Shown here in pieces: positions 20,201 through 33,054 of a stretch of 64,000 bases of DNA. Both the position numbers and the translations under genes were made by a program. The stretch comes from Chloropicon primus. Taxonomy: Eukaryota. Position 1 is the stretch's first letter, and each line of letters starts with the position of its first letter. The notes under the pieces are model-generated. The model was not told the origin of the DNA. It was given only the letters and a program-made list of their open reading frames with translations, and did no database searches. Where the stretch lies: positions 1-64,000 of the forward strand of contig CP060763.1 of the NCBI GenBank assembly GCA_023205875.1. The letters are read 5' to 3'.

Positions 20201-20675
20201 GCGGGACGCGTCCGATGACCTCGGTCCAGGGATCTGCAAAATCTGGAAATCACGGGCGAACACGTGTTTTTTTTTTGTTTGTTTTTTTGGATAGAACAAT
20301 CGCACCGCGAAGACCGTGAGAGGATAGAGGTGGTTGTTGCTGAAACCTGTTGCAGGTTTTGGTTGTTGCTGACGGATTCAGCGCGAAGCGGGGGAGGGCA
20401 AGGACGGCGGGGGAGGCGAACGACCCGCGAAAGGCTTGCTTTCGATTCGATTCTTCCGCTCGAGGCGTCTCGGCGCGCGCGACTTTCTTTGACGGGGCGA
20501 GGCGTGACCTCCTCCTCGGAGAGAAGAGAGAGGGATCCCGAGCGCGTCACTTTTGACGACGAGGGCGCGAGTTTCGTCCAAGGGAAGACGATGGGAAGAA
20601 AGAGCAGGTGACGTAGTAGTCAGCACCACCACCAATCATCCTGGAGTGCTCTCAACGACGACGACGACGACGACG

Positions 20676-22556
20676 ATGCTGAGGAAGAAGAAGGAGAAGA
20701 TGGTTTTCGGCCTGAAGAGTGGCAAGGCGACCTCGACGACGGAGGACGGCGCGAACGGGGCGGCGACGCCGAGGGAGAGCAGGGACGGGTACGAGGGGGC
20801 GAGGCTGACGCGGACCTTGTCCCAGGAGATCAACGACCTCCGGATCCGGGAGAAGCAGATCCTGGAGCAGCTCGCGAGCAGGACGAAACCGAGGGGGATT
20901 CCCAACGGCGTCGGGGGGGACTCCTCGGAGGGGGAGGGGGACGGCGGCAACGCGTCCCCGCTCAGCACGTCGTTCGAGCACCAACTTCGCCGCCGGGCGG
21001 ATTCCGGCGGCTCGGACAAGAGTCCTGGCCGCGCCTTCTCCCCGTCCCCCGACGAGGCGCTGCTGCGCGATTGCGACCTGGAGGACTCCCAGCACGGCCA
21101 GGGGGCGGTCCTGAGCGCCGTGCAGAAGGAGGAGCGGATGCAGAGGGAGAGGGTCCACCACATGGTCGTGAACCTGATGTTCAGTGCGGCGAGGGGGAGG
21201 CTGTCCTCCTGCAAGAGGAAGGCGACCGCCCTGGAGTCGAACGGCATGTTCCTGACGGATCCGACCTGCTGCGACTACGACAAGAGGACGCCGCTTCACT
21301 TGTCCGCGGCGGAGGGGAGCTTCAGGGTGACCGAGTGGCTCCTGACCGAGAAGAGGGTGAACCCGAACCCGATCGACAGGTTCGGGAACACGCCCCTCCA
21401 GGGAGCGATCTGGGGGGACCACAAGATGATCGTCTCCCTCCTGGTGGAGTACGGCGGGATGGTCGTGGAGAGCGGGAACCTCGTCGAGTACAAGCCCCTG
21501 CACGCGATCGGGTCGTTTGCGGAGCTGAGCACCCTGGGCAGCATGCCGTCCCTGCACCAGCTCTCGCAGACGGACAGCCGCAACCTCGCGTCCAGCGACC
21601 TGATGTGCCTCGAGGACGAGTTTTGGGAAATCTCCGCGGACACGGTGGAGAAGTCCAGCAAGCTCGGCGCGGGAGAGTTCGGGACGGTCTACAAGGCCAC
21701 GTGGAACGAGACGCCCGTGGCCATGAAGGTCCTGAAGCACAGCGACAACTTGGCGATCGGGGAGTTCGTGACGGAGATGAACATGATGAGGAAGCTGCAC
21801 CACCCGAACATCGTCCAGTTCCTCGGGGGGTGCACGAAGACGAAGCCCTACTTCATCGTCACCGAGCTCAGCGCCGCGGGGTCCCTTGCCGACGTCTTCT
21901 ACATGAAGCAGAAGCTCCCCCTCACGCGCCTCCTCGAGCTGGCCATCGACTGCGCCACGGGAATGGCGTACTTGCACTCCAGCGCGATCAAGAAGCCCGC
22001 GACCCTGCACAGGGACCTCAAGCCCGCGAACTTGATGATCTTCGGAACGGCCAACGCGCACCTGGACAAGGAGAGGAGCCTCGAGCTCCTCGTCCGGTCG
22101 GGAACCCTCAAGGTCACCGATTTCGGATTGAGCAAGACCCTGGGAGACGTGGCCCCGAAGAAGAGCGGCGCCAACAGCTACACCCTCACGGGCGAGACGG
22201 GCTCCTACCGTTACATGGCTCCCGAGGTGTACAGGCACGAAGACTACAACCACAAGGTGGACGTCTACGCCTACGCGATGATCCTGTACCAGATGTTCGA
22301 GGGGAGGCCCCCCTTTGTAATGCTCGAGCCCCAGCAGGCCGCCGTGGCCGCGGCCATCAATGGCCTCCGACCCAAGTTCACCGAGCTGAAGAAGCCCGGC
22401 AGCCGTCAGAAGCTCCGGAACTTGGTGGAGCAGTGCTGGGCCGCGGACCGGGACACGCGTCCTGACTTCAAGGACACCATCCCCATCCTCCACGAGTGCC
22501 TCCAGGATGCCATCAAGGAAGAAAAACAAGCGAAGAAGAAGTGGTACCAGCTCTAA
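20676..22556 (+). CDS. Ankyrin-repeat protein kinase (ILK/VIK-like Raf group)
   Basis: Ankyrin repeats DYDKRTPLHLSAAEG and DRFGNTPL; kinase motifs GAGEFG, HRDLKPAN, DFG, TGETGSYRYMAPE. Confidence 0.93.
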   Translation: MLRKKKEKMVFGLKSGKATSTTEDGANGAATPRESRDGYEGARLTRTLSQEINDLRIREKQILEQLASRTKPRGIPNGVGGDSSEGEGDGGNASPLSTSFEHQLRRRADSGGSDKSPGRAFSPSPDEALLRDCDLEDSQHGQGAVLSAVQKEERMQRERVHHMVVNLMFSAARGRLSSCKRKATALESNGMFLTDPTCCDYDKRTPLHLSAAEGSFRVTEWLLTEKRVNPNPIDRFGNTPLQGAIWGDHKMIVSLLVEYGGMVVESGNLVEYKPLHAIGSFAELSTLGSMPSLHQLSQTDSRNLASSDLMCLEDEFWEISADTVEKSSKLGAGEFGTVYKATWNETPVAMKVLKHSDNLAIGEFVTEMNMMRKLHHPNIVQFLGGCTKTKPYFIVTELSAAGSLADVFYMKQKLPLTRLLELAIDCATGMAYLHSSAIKKPATLHRDLKPANLMIFGTANAHLDKERSLELLVRSGTLKVTDFGLSKTLGDVAPKKSGANSYTLTGETGSYRYMAPEVYRHEDYNHKVDVYAYAMILYQMFEGRPPFVMLEPQQAAVAAAINGLRPKFTELKKPGSRQKLRNLVEQCWAADRDTRPDFKDTIPILHECLQDAIKEEKQAKKKWYQL

Positions 22557-22728
22557 CATAAACCCACGAGTGGCCTTAACCAAACCGAAACCATTTTGTA
22601 CAAAAACAAACAACAAACAAACAAACAAACAACAAGGCTCGGCTCCTCCATCCTCAGACTCAGCTCAGACGTTATCGTTATCTTCAGCTGCTGGGTTTCG
22701 AGAATCCGTGAGGGAGGAGAGAGGAAGG

Positions 22729-23682
22729 ATGAAGGTCGCAAGGAAGGGCGCGGAGTCCAAGGCTCGTCGCGTGATGTTCCTCCTGAGCCCCGCCAAGGCG
22801 ATGGACCTGGAGAGAACCCACAAGGACAACCTCCCTGCGTCCCTGCCGATGCTGCAGATCAAACAGGAGCAACTACTAAACCTTATGAAGACGAAGACGA
22901 AGTCTGAGCTCAAGACCATGATGAAGCTTTCGGATAAACTCGCCGATCTCAACTACCAGCGCTATCGTGATTTCGAGAACCTGGAGAGGAGGCCGGCGGC
23001 CATCTGCTTCGACGGTCAGGCGTACCAGGGTCTCCGCGCTTATGAGCTGCCCAAGGAACGCTTGCTTTGGCTTCACGACAACCTCAGAGTGTTGTCAGGA
23101 TTGTACGGAGTCATCAGGCCCCTGGATGAGATCAAGCCTTATCGTTTGGAGATGGGGACCAAGGTGGCGACAGACAATGGAAGAGACCTCTACCAATTCT
23201 GGGGCGACGACATCACAGACACGATCCTGGAGGACCTGGCGGAGGGCGATGCCTTGGTGAACGTGGCCTCTCAGGAGTATGCCAAGGCAGTGAATTTTTC
23301 CAAGTGTCGTTCTGCTGGAATCGATCTTTACGAGATGAAGTTTCCAGGTGAGTGCCCTGCAGCACTCTTGGGTCAGCCAGGTGATCTCTCTCTCTCTCTC
23401 TCTGACTCTCTCTCTGACTCTCTCTGACTCTCCTGCTCTCTCCCTGGTGGTGATGAAGGCCCAGCAGTCTTCGCGAAGAAGGCCAGGGGTTCCATCGTGA
23501 GGTTCGCGTGCGAGAATGGTATGAAGGACCCGCAGGAGTTGCGAAGTTGGTGTGGGGATGGGGAGTACTCCTTTGTGGACGAATCCTTCAATGACAAGAC
23601 CCATTTCACCGTGTTCACTTTCAACCGGGACAAGGCGGCCGCGGACGCGCTAGCATCGAAGAAGAAGAAGCAACGCGTGTGA
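22729..23682 (+). CDS. yaaA: YaaA/DUF328 peroxide-stress protein (exons 22729-23347, 23459-23682)
   Basis: LLSPAKAM, LSGLYGVIRPLD.I.PYRLEMGT, VNVASQEY, and AKKARG after the splice. Confidence 0.88.
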
Positions 23683-23725
23683 CCTTGCGCTTGTACCCAA
23701 AACGACCCGTAATAATACACTACAC

Positions 23726-25676
23726 TTACACCTTGGTGTCCTCGTACAATCTGAGGCTGGACTCGGCGAGCTCGGAGACCTCCTTGTCCGCGCAGCGCTT
23801 CATTTCCAGAAGAGGCTTGATCCCGCTGGGAGACTTGGAGATCTGCTCTTTCGTCAGCTCGGGGAAGGACTTGAAGGTGTGGTAGATCGCCACCCCCACC
23901 TGCTTCTTCACCGTCAGGTCAGCCTCCCTGTTCTCTCCCAGCTTGAGGAGAGCCGTGACGCCGCCGCTCCGAGCAAATTCATCGAGGACCTTGCCGATCC
24001 CGAGCTCGTCTGTGCTCACCACCCAGTTGGCCAAGCCCCTGGCGACCTGGGCCTCCACATCCGGGTGAGAGACCCTCTGCAGGAGGCTCACCAGCGTTTT
24101 CACGATCCCCTTGCCGGTGAGCTCCTCCTTGAGCAAGGCATTCGCGCAAAGATTGGCCAGGGCACCGGCCGCCATCCGCAGCGTCTGGGAGTCCACCCCA
24201 GTCCGACTCAAGTGAGTGAGCGCTTCCAGGCCGCCAAGTTTCACAACCTCGCCCTGGAACTTGGAATCGATGGACAAATTGGCGACTGCCGCGCACACCA
24301 GCCTCTGCAGTTGGCTGTTCAGCCCGGTCTCCCCTTGGTTCTGGTGATGGGTCTGAATTTGGTCCGCAGCGGTCGACGGCCCGTGCAGGACCCCAAGAAG
24401 CTGAGGCAAGCTTCCCACAATGTCTGGCCTCCTGTCCTCCCTTGCAGCGAGGTTGGCGATGGTCCTTGCAGCGATAATCTTCACCTTGTCAAGATGATCT
24501 CTTTGCCTGGACACCTTGTTCCCGCCGTGTGATGCATACTTGCCACTCGGACTCGTGAACGTGCCGCTGCCGCTGCCGCCTCCCCTGCCGTTCGCGTACC
24601 CGTTGTCGTCCTCCGATGCCACAGAGGCCCTGGTCGCCAGGGGAATGAGCTGGGACAAGGGGATGTGGTCCTCAAAGGCCTGGGTCATTGTCGAGAGCTG
24701 GTTCTTCAGGCTCTCGATCTCCTCCGATTGCATCACGATAATGTTCTTGTACTCGTTCGAGCTGCGTTCCATCTCCTCCTTCCTCTCCTCAAGGGACAGC
24801 GGGATATCATCATCGCTTTGCTGGTCGTAACCCTCGAAAGGGCTGCTTGCCGCGGACTTGGCCCCCCGTTTCTTGCTCTTCTGACCGCCGAAGATGGACT
24901 TGGTTCGCTTCCCCTCCTTGGAACCAGAGGCCTTGGTCTGGGTCGCCTCCGCTGCCGCCAGCTTGTACCTGTAAGACAGCGAGGAAAGGAAAGGAAAGGG
25001 AATGGATCAAGTCCAGTCAGCTCCCGCCTGCTTTTGGGACACCTGCACCCTTGAATTGGACTCACAGTTCGAGTTGCCTCCTGGTCGCCCTGTGTGCCTC
25101 CTGCTCCTCAGCAAGGGCCCTCTCCAGCTTTGCCCTGGTCAACCTCCGTTTGGTCGTTGCCGTGTCCACGTTTCCATGGAGCTCCAGCTCCTCCCTGTGG
25201 GACTCCTCGAAATGACTCAGGGCCGAGTTCAGCTCACGCAACTCCCCCTGAGCCCGCTCCAAACCCCTCTGCAAGGACTGCAAAGCAAAACGAGTCAGTC
25301 AGGGCCTTGGAACTTTCCCTTTCACCCTAAAACCAGTCCCCTTTCGAGTTCCAAGGGTTTCCTTCCTACCTTGTTCTCAGCCCTTGACTGAAGCAGCAAG
25401 AGAGTGATGTCCCCCACCTCCTCTCTCGCTCTCCTCGAGGACTTCAAGTCAAACGCCAACAGGTTATCACTCAGTCAGCAACAAACACAACACACTAGTG
25501 GAGTGGAACAAAACTATGGAACACAGTGTTCCAATCTCATTGGACAAAGGAAAACTTTTTTTTGTTCCCTGGACCAATGCAGAGGTTCACATGTCCTCCC
25601 CTTGACCCTCCCTTACCGTCTTGGACGCCTCAAGCTCCGCCAGTGCCCTGTCCAGGGTCATCTTGGTCTCCTCCAT
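23726..25676 (-). CDS. Coiled-coil plus armadillo-repeat protein (multi-exon; resembles the tail of ARM-repeat kinesins)
   Basis: ARM repeats AARTIANLA, CAAVANL, MAAGALANLC, VARGLAN. Short upstream coiled-coil exons joined by GT-AG introns from an ATG at 25676; exon structure inferred. Confidence 0.7.
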
Positions 25677-26018
25677 CTTTCAAGCTGTGCTGCTGGAGGG
25701 ACGATCCTGGCACAATCCTTGCTGGGAACTGGAGGAACTGGAGGGCAAGGGAAACGTGTCTTGTTCCAAGGGCAAGGGGGATCCCATGATGTCCGAGCCC
25801 GGGGGCCGGAGGGAACCTTGCCGAGGTGCTTGCTGGTGGACACGATGTGTGCCCTCGTCCCAAGGACAACAGAGATGATCCTGGCTTCGAGCACAGAGCG
25901 CAACAGAACCAACGCAACGCGGCGGGCGTTACGCAAGGCAATGGCGGTGGCACCCGATCGAAAAGAATTGGGCCTTCTGCAGTATAATGCAGTACGCTTT
26001 TACATTTACACGTCGTCC

Positions 26019-28698
26019 TTAAACGAAGTTCTCTTCGTGACCGTTGTCGACGTAGTTCACGACACCGCGGCAGGAAGCGCTGCCACATCGGCACTTCATC
26101 ATCTCGTCCCCGCTGAATCGGTAGTCGTAGGTGAGCTCCTCGCCCGGCTCGATGTCCCTCATGGCTGAGAGAACGACTCTCCCGTTCCCGACCTGCCTGC
26201 TGAAGCAGTTGGGGTCGCAGCTGTGGTTCAGCAGCTGAGCCATGTTGCCAGACTTTGTGGCATCAATGGTAGTGTTCTGGTCCAGTGCGAAGATGTAAGT
26301 CCCGATGCCAACTTTGCTCCCGTACTCCACCGCCTCCCTCTTGTTGGCAACCGTCGTGCGGACCAACTCGCCAACGTACTCGACCACGAAATCTCCCGTT
26401 TTGTGCGAGGTCCTGGCGAAGGCGCCCCACCCATGGATGCTGGACCTTCCCGCAGCAAGCCTCTGGTGCACCGTCTCCCTCGTCCAAGTCAACCTCTCCA
26501 TCAGTGAGCAAGGGGATGGCAAGCGGCTGCGGAACCTCCCCTTCACCCTTGCCTCCATCCCCCTGGCTCCCGAGACCACGTAAGGCACCGCCTTGCCCGT
26601 TCCCAGCTTCTTCAGCGATCGATAGGACTCCACCATGAATGGACCAGCAGAAGACGATTTCTCAGAATCTTCTGACAAGTCCTCCTCTTGAAGCTGCAGC
26701 GGGGAGGTGGGGCTGTCGGTAGGGGCCACGAAGCTCTCTCTGACCGCCTTCTTGGGAGGTCCCCCAGCACACTTGGCCTCGCACTTGGCGCACGTGGCAT
26801 CGAACTTGATGCTGCCACGCTCCAGGTCTTCGCTGATCTTCAGGGTCCACCCAGCCTGCCTTGCGCACAGGGGATGGGCAGAAGAATAACACTTCTTGCT
26901 CGAGCACTGAATGCACGCCCCGCGGTCCGTCTTGCAGTGCATGCACTTCAGCTGGAGCCTCGCTGGCCGAATCTTCTTCACCCCGTCCACAATGCCGCCG
27001 ACCATGGTGGTTTCTGGGATCCATATCGCGCATGCTACATGCGCCCACCGCTTGCAGGTCGTCCTGGTGAGGATCTGGTGGTGCGACGTGCAAGGGCACA
27101 AGGCGCAGGCCGGCTTTGGATCGAGGGAAGAGCTCCCGCCGCCCAAGCACTCGCACAACTTACAAAGCCACACCTTGTTCGGGTCCAGTTCCTCCTGGAC
27201 TCCGTAGCACCCCATGTGCACGACAGTCAAGCAGGAATCGCACTGAATCAATTGATTCTGATCCGTCTCCTTGTCGGTGTGGCATATGGCACACCGGTTC
27301 GGCGGGAGGTTGATGTTCACCGCCTGAAAGTCCAGGCTCTTTGGGCACTGGGCGATGGCCTCCCACCTGTCCCTGACCCGCTTCATCTCGGCAGCCACTT
27401 CCTCGGTCTTGTTCTTCTCGAGCGCCTTCCACCTATCTTCGTCCAAGGGCGAGTAGTGCTCGAGCCACTCCACCCCAGGCAGCTTCTCAATGGCGTGCTG
27501 AACCCGAGAGACGCTGTAGCCAAAGAGTTTGTGTCCAGAGTAAACTTGCCTCTTGATGACTCCGTTCTCCTCGAGGAGCTGCCAGGCCTTTGGGGCAGAC
27601 CTCTCCGTGAAGGAGATCGTTTCCCCTCCATCGCTGCCTTGGGCGGCAACAGTAAAAGAGGGCCCGCCACCCTCCTGAGTCTCCTGCCTTTGTATCGAGC
27701 AAGATACCTGCACCTCCTGCCCTGCAGGCGATTGGACGGTCCTTTTCGATCGAAACCCGAGCGGAAAGATGTACTGCTCGTCGTGGAACCTCGAGTCCCC
27801 TGCCTCGATGGCTCCGATGTCCTCGATCAGGAGGTTCTTCCCGACCGTGAAGTTCTTGGACAAGGCTTTGTCCTTGCCGGATCCCCCCTTTCGCTTCCTC
27901 GGCTTTGCGGCGTCCTCCTCTTCCTCCTCGTCCAAGACCGTATCGTTGTAAGGCGGAATCATCTCGTCCGGAATCTCGTTATGGGACAGGTACCTCTCCG
28001 CCTGCGCCACCGACCTCCTGAACCTGGAGCTCTTGTACTTGAGATGAAAGTGGACCTCCACTCCAGCGTCCCAAGACCAAACGTCGTAAGGCTTCGAGGG
28101 ATGCCTGCAAGCGTTGGGCTTGCCCGGATCGGGCGTCACCTCAGCCCCCAGCTCGGCACTCGAGATGGACCCAACGGTCTGTCCGTACTCGTAGGTGCCA
28201 AAAAATTGAAAGCACACCGCTTTCTCCGTCTTCAGCTTCTGGGCACTGCACTCCTCGAATTCCTCCCTGGTGATGACCCTGGCGGGCCACGGGGGATACC
28301 CCTTCATCTTGGCCCAGACAACGTTGCCCTGCTCCGCCAGCAAGGGGCCAGCCTCCGCGGCGCCCCCGACGAAGCTGGCTCCCAGCGCCTCCCTCGGCCT
28401 CAACTCGAACCTCACCCTGTTGGTGCGCAAAATCAGAGACGGCGTGCGTCAGATCACAAGCATGCATTCCATAATCCTCTTCTCTCCCATCGACCGCCTT
28501 CACTTACCTCTCCTTGTCGAAGCTCAACGTCTCCTCGGTGCCGTCCTCGTACGCGACCTTGCAGTGGGTCCCAGCCTCCCCCTCGAACCCCGTCACCGTT
28601 CCCGAGTACCACGCAAAGTCCAGAGGCCACAAAACTCTCACCCTCCTGCCGATCAGACCTTCCCGAGCCACTTTCACATCCGCCTCTCCCTCCTCCTG

Positions 28699-28739
<41 letters not shown>

Positions 28740-29156
28740 CAGAAAAAAAAACCAAAAGTCAGGCAAATTAAATATCATGGATGGATCCTATTGATACTCG
28801 AATGGAATGGAATGGAATGGTTTTCAAGCTTGACTGACCTGAAGGAAACCCCTCTGAAGGAGGTTGACGAGTTGGCACGTCCTTCCGGGTCGCGTGAGGG
28901 ACTTCGTTTCACGAAGGAACCCCTCGTACGCCGCCAAGAGCCTCTGCCCATGGTCATCCCCATCCCCACACGCCGCCTCTGCCTCTCGTGGCGTTGGAGT
29001 GGAACCCGTCTTCTGGATTTTCTTTTTACGTTGCGTTTGTTGGAGTTCCTCGTTCTCGTTCTCGTTCTCGCCGTCGCCATCGTCGTGACGCAAGGGTGTG
29101 ACCCCTCCGCTTGGAGCGTAAAGCCTCTTCGTGCTCGTCAACGTTTGCTCCGCCAT
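26019..29156 (-). CDS. Trithorax-like (ATX1/2-type) histone H3K4 methyltransferase, probably 3 exons
   Basis: Tudor-like exon (IGRRVRVLWP..WY.G.V), PWWP (VWAKMKGYPPWP), FYRN/FYRC, PHD plus extended PHD, SET (SSIHGWG, NHSCDPN, EELTYDY), post-SET CRCGS..CRG. Confidence 0.92.
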
Positions 29157-29217
29157 CGCAACGATCGCCGAGCTCGGCTCTTCTCTCTGTCATTTTTGGG
29201 TTCGAGATGGCGGGAAC

Positions 29218-29660
29218 TGTCCGTTTCATCATCATCAGGAGGAGAGGAGAGGAGAGGCCAAGATGATGATGGGAGGGGAGAGGAGAGGCCAAGATGATGA
29301 TGATGGAGGAGGGGAGGCATGGGAGGAGACATGAGAGGGTGCACGCGTCCCTGGCACAATGCAATGACTCAGTTGTGTTGTTGCCAGCGATGGAAGGGAG
29401 GGAAAAGGGAGGGGAGGGGGAGGGACAGTTGTCCGTTTCATCATCATCAGGAGGAGAGGAGAGGAGAGGCCAAGATGATGATGGGAGGGGAGAGGAGAGG
29501 CCAAGATGATGATGATGGAGGAGGGGAGGCATGGGAGGAGACATGAGAGGGTGCACGCGTCCCTGGCACAATGCAATGACTCAGTTGTGTCGTTGCCAGC
29601 GATGGAAGGGAGGGAAAAGGGAGGGGATGGGGAGGGACAGTTGTCCGTTTCATCCTCATC
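29218..29660. repeat. 212-bp tandem duplication (2 copies plus a partial third)
   Basis: TGTCCGTTTCATC recurs at about 29218, 29430 and 29642; the first two units are near-identical. Confidence 0.9.
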
Positions 29661-29802
29661 CGAGGGGTGGGAGGGGGAGGCTTATACCTTTGTAGCAGAC
29701 ACGGCCACAGGTTCTCGTGTTGTTAGAAGGAGGAAGAAAGAGCAAGGAAGAGTGGTTTGACATTTTCTATTAGCCATTTGTTCGACATCACCTTTCCCCA
29801 CA

Positions 29803-32721
29803 CTACTGTTCGCCCCCCACGAAGATGTCGAACGCGCTCTCCAGGGTCAGGTCGGCCTTGGAGACCCTGCTCGTCGGCGCCGCCGCCGCAGCTGCCAGCT
29901 GAGAAACGTCCAGTCCGGCCGCGCTGGCGTCCCTCTCCCTGAAGTACTTGACGTTCGCCTCCGCCACGGTCAGATGCTTCAGACACTCCTCGAGCTTTTC
30001 CTCGACTTTGGTCTTCTCCTGGCCCAGAGCCTCGATCTTGCCGTCCGCGATGTGGAGCCTGTCCTTCAGCTCCAGCTCCTTCTCCAGGCAGACCTCCAGC
30101 CTGGCCTCGTACTCCACGACCCGGGACTCGAGGTTGGCCTCGCTGGCCTGGAAGTTCTCGGCTCTCTTGACGGCCTTCCTGAGCTGAGCCTGAAGGTCCT
30201 GGGACGCGACCTCGCCCTGACACTTGAGCCTGTCGATTTCCTCGGCCTTCTCCCTCTTCAGGATGTCGCTGTACGACCGCAGGTGCTTCATCTCGAGCTT
30301 CGAGGCCTTGAGGTCGTCCTGGAGCTTCTTGCATGTCTGGTGGAGGTCGAACTCGGTGATGTTGGCGAATCTGAGCTCCTCCTCCTTGGAGTCCTTCTCC
30401 TGCTTCATGAATTTGAGGGCGGTCCTCTGCCTCTGCACCTCGTCCTTGAGCCCCCTGGCCAAAGTCTCGGCCTTCTCCGCCCTCTTGGTCATGTCCGCGT
30501 ACTTGGTGATGCCGACCCAGTCGGCCTTCTTCCTCGACAAGACTTTCTCCGCCTCCTTGAGCCGGGCCTTGGTCACGTTCAACTCCCGCTCCAGTCCCTG
30601 GGCCTTATTCATGTTCTCGAAGGCGTCCTTCACGGCGTTGTCGGCCTCCACCTTGGCATCCAGCAGCTGCATCTCCAGCTGCGCCACTTGGGAAAGGTTC
30701 TCCGTCTCCGTGGAGTTCTGGATCGAGTACTCCGTGCATTCGAAGATCAGGGCCTCCCTCTCTGTCATCGCGGCGCCTGTTGCCGTCGTCCTTTCGGACA
30801 GCCTGTCTCCCACATTCTTGCTTGATTCGGGGGAACCGATGTCTTCCTCCGAAGCCGACGCGGGGGACACGCCCTCCCCGTCCAGGGACAGCGCAGGCTG
30901 GTCGAGGTCCTCCAGCTTCTCGAAGATCATCAGAAGTTCCTGTTGGATTTGATCCATGTGCCTCCTCGTTACCTTTCCGGGCTTGCCAGAGATCTCGCTC
31001 GGGTCCGCGGGCTTGTAGTACTTTTCCAGCAGGTCCTTGATCCGCTTCACCACGTGGCTCGCTCCAATTCTCGCCTTGAGGCCCATCTTCTCCGAGTGCT
31101 GGAGCCTCTCCTCCAGCTCAGAGAGGACCACGGAGTGCCTGGCCATCTCCTCGGATCGAATGGACTTGAGTTGATCCCTCGTCCGCCTCAGCTCCCTCTC
31201 AAGGCTAGCCGCGTGCCTTTTGGTCTGGTCCATCTTCTTCTTCATCTCCTCGCCGCCGTAGAGGTGCACGGCGAAGGCTTCCTGGGCCTCGTGGACCGGG
31301 CTCGGCGACCTCGCGGTGGTGGGAGAGTGGAAGAGGTTCTCCTCCCTCCCGTCCTCGTCTGGCCTGCTCCTCAGGGCCTCTTCCGCCTCCGCCAGCTTCT
31401 CCTTGGCGCTCTCCAGCTCCACCCTCATCACGTTCACGTCCATCTCCTGGGAAAGGAGCTTGTGGTTGGCCTCCTGAAGGTTGTCCATGGTCTCGTCCAG
31501 CTCCTTGGTCAGGAAAGACTGCTTCTTCTCCGCCTTCTCGAGCTTCCTCATCGCGACCTTCAGCTGTTCCCCGTTCTCGAGGTCCGTCTTGAGCCAAAGG
31601 TCCTTGGCCTCTTTCTGCTTGATCAGAGTGCGCTGCAAGTGGTTCCTCTCCCCCTCGAGCTCCTTTTCCCTCGCCTCGAGCTCCCTCTGGTGGCCGTACT
31701 TGATCACCTTGATCTCCTCGATCCACTTTTTGTTGTTCTGCTTCACGTCACTCTCCAGCTCCCGGCACTTGAGCTCCAGCTTGCCGATGCTCGTCTTGAC
31801 CGCGGCCATGCCCCCCTTGTGACCCATCTCGATCTTGTGGACGACCTCCGCCTGCTGCCTCCCCAGCTCGTCCACTTTCTTCTCGAACTGGGCCTCCACT
31901 TGCACGATCTCCCCCTCCAGCCGCTTCATGATCTTCGACAAGAGCCTGAGCTTCTCGTAACGCCTCTTCGGGCCCACGGGTGGCTTGTCCCTCTCCGCCT
32001 TCTCTCCTCCTCCCTCGACCTCGCCCTCTTCCACGGCCTTCTTCTTCAAACCCAAGGACAGCGAAGATATTCTCTCTGACAAGGCGGAGGACATCGACGT
32101 GGACGGCCTCGAGTCGTTCATGGACACTCTCCTGATATCCCACGATCCCTCCGCTTCGTGGTCTTGGCCTTGGCCTCCGCCGAAGGGTGACTCCCTCCCC
32201 CAGGCCTCCCTGCTCCCCTGCGAACTGTTCGGCCTCGAAGGTATCTCGTGCACTGTTCCACTGGAGCTCGTGAATGCCTGAGCGCTCGACGGTCGAGGGG
32301 GAGGCGGCCTCCTACAACTTCCTTTCCCCTTGTCATCCCTGGACACTTTAGCCGACCCCGGCCTGGAGGTCTCCCTCCCTTCCCCTCTGTTCCTCTCCGT
32401 CAGCACGCTCGGAGCTTTGGCTTCCACTCCCTCAGCGGAGAGCGTCCCTCCTGCCGAGCCCCTCGCCAAGGGAGCGGACTTGGGTCTGTCCCGCCATCTT
32501 GCCAAGTGGATGCCCCCCTCACTCCCGCCGCGACCGGCCTCCTTGGCAGTCTTCCCTCTCGCACTCCTGGCTCTTTGGTTTTGACCTTGGCCTTGGCCTG
32601 CCTTGACGCCGAGGGCAGCCGCTGCCGAAGCTGGCCTCCTGTCGAAGGAACCCACGAGACCTGAACCTTGGATCAAGTCCGCCAGGTGACTGCTCCGTCT
32701 TATAGGTTGCCTCTGAGGCAT
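29803..32721 (-). CDS. Long coiled-coil protein with disordered N-terminus (unknown; possibly centriolar)
   Basis: 972-aa ORF with E/K/L/Q heptads; repeated RP.S[AS] motifs in the N-terminus. Confidence 0.75.
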   Translation of the reverse strand: MPQRQPIRRSSHLADLIQGSGLVGSFDRRPASAAAALGVKAGQGQGQNQRARSARGKTAKEAGRGGSEGGIHLARWRDRPKSAPLARGSAGGTLSAEGVEAKAPSVLTERNRGEGRETSRPGSAKVSRDDKGKGSCRRPPPPRPSSAQAFTSSSGTVHEIPSRPNSSQGSREAWGRESPFGGGQGQDHEAEGSWDIRRVSMNDSRPSTSMSSALSERISSLSLGLKKKAVEEGEVEGGGEKAERDKPPVGPKRRYEKLRLLSKIMKRLEGEIVQVEAQFEKKVDELGRQQAEVVHKIEMGHKGGMAAVKTSIGKLELKCRELESDVKQNNKKWIEEIKVIKYGHQRELEAREKELEGERNHLQRTLIKQKEAKDLWLKTDLENGEQLKVAMRKLEKAEKKQSFLTKELDETMDNLQEANHKLLSQEMDVNVMRVELESAKEKLAEAEEALRSRPDEDGREENLFHSPTTARSPSPVHEAQEAFAVHLYGGEEMKKKMDQTKRHAASLERELRRTRDQLKSIRSEEMARHSVVLSELEERLQHSEKMGLKARIGASHVVKRIKDLLEKYYKPADPSEISGKPGKVTRRHMDQIQQELLMIFEKLEDLDQPALSLDGEGVSPASASEEDIGSPESSKNVGDRLSERTTATGAAMTEREALIFECTEYSIQNSTETENLSQVAQLEMQLLDAKVEADNAVKDAFENMNKAQGLERELNVTKARLKEAEKVLSRKKADWVGITKYADMTKRAEKAETLARGLKDEVQRQRTALKFMKQEKDSKEEELRFANITEFDLHQTCKKLQDDLKASKLEMKHLRSYSDILKREKAEEIDRLKCQGEVASQDLQAQLRKAVKRAENFQASEANLESRVVEYEARLEVCLEKELELKDRLHIADGKIEALGQEKTKVEEKLEECLKHLTVAEANVKYFRERDASAAGLDVSQLAAAAAAPTSRVSKADLTLESAFDIFVGGEQ

Positions 32722-33054
32722 CCCTCTCCTTCTCCCTCACTGTCTCCTCCCTCGGCTTGCCTCTGTCTTCTCCCAGTTCAAACAATTTTTCCTTTCCTTC
32801 GACAGATGACACGAGGGAGGGACCAGCCATCCAGGGGGGAACAACAAGGTGGAAGGGTGACCTTGATGAGGACGAGGGTGGGCAAGGGACATCAGATCAC
32901 GGCGTGGTTCACTTCCTCTGTGCCTCTCCTCGGCCTGTCTCTGCGTGTCTTTGATGAAGGGCGAAAGGAACCTTGTGGATATCGATATAATAATAATAAT
33001 AATAGAATAATGAATAATGTAACGATCGATCCGTCGTCGTCGTCGTCGTCGTCA

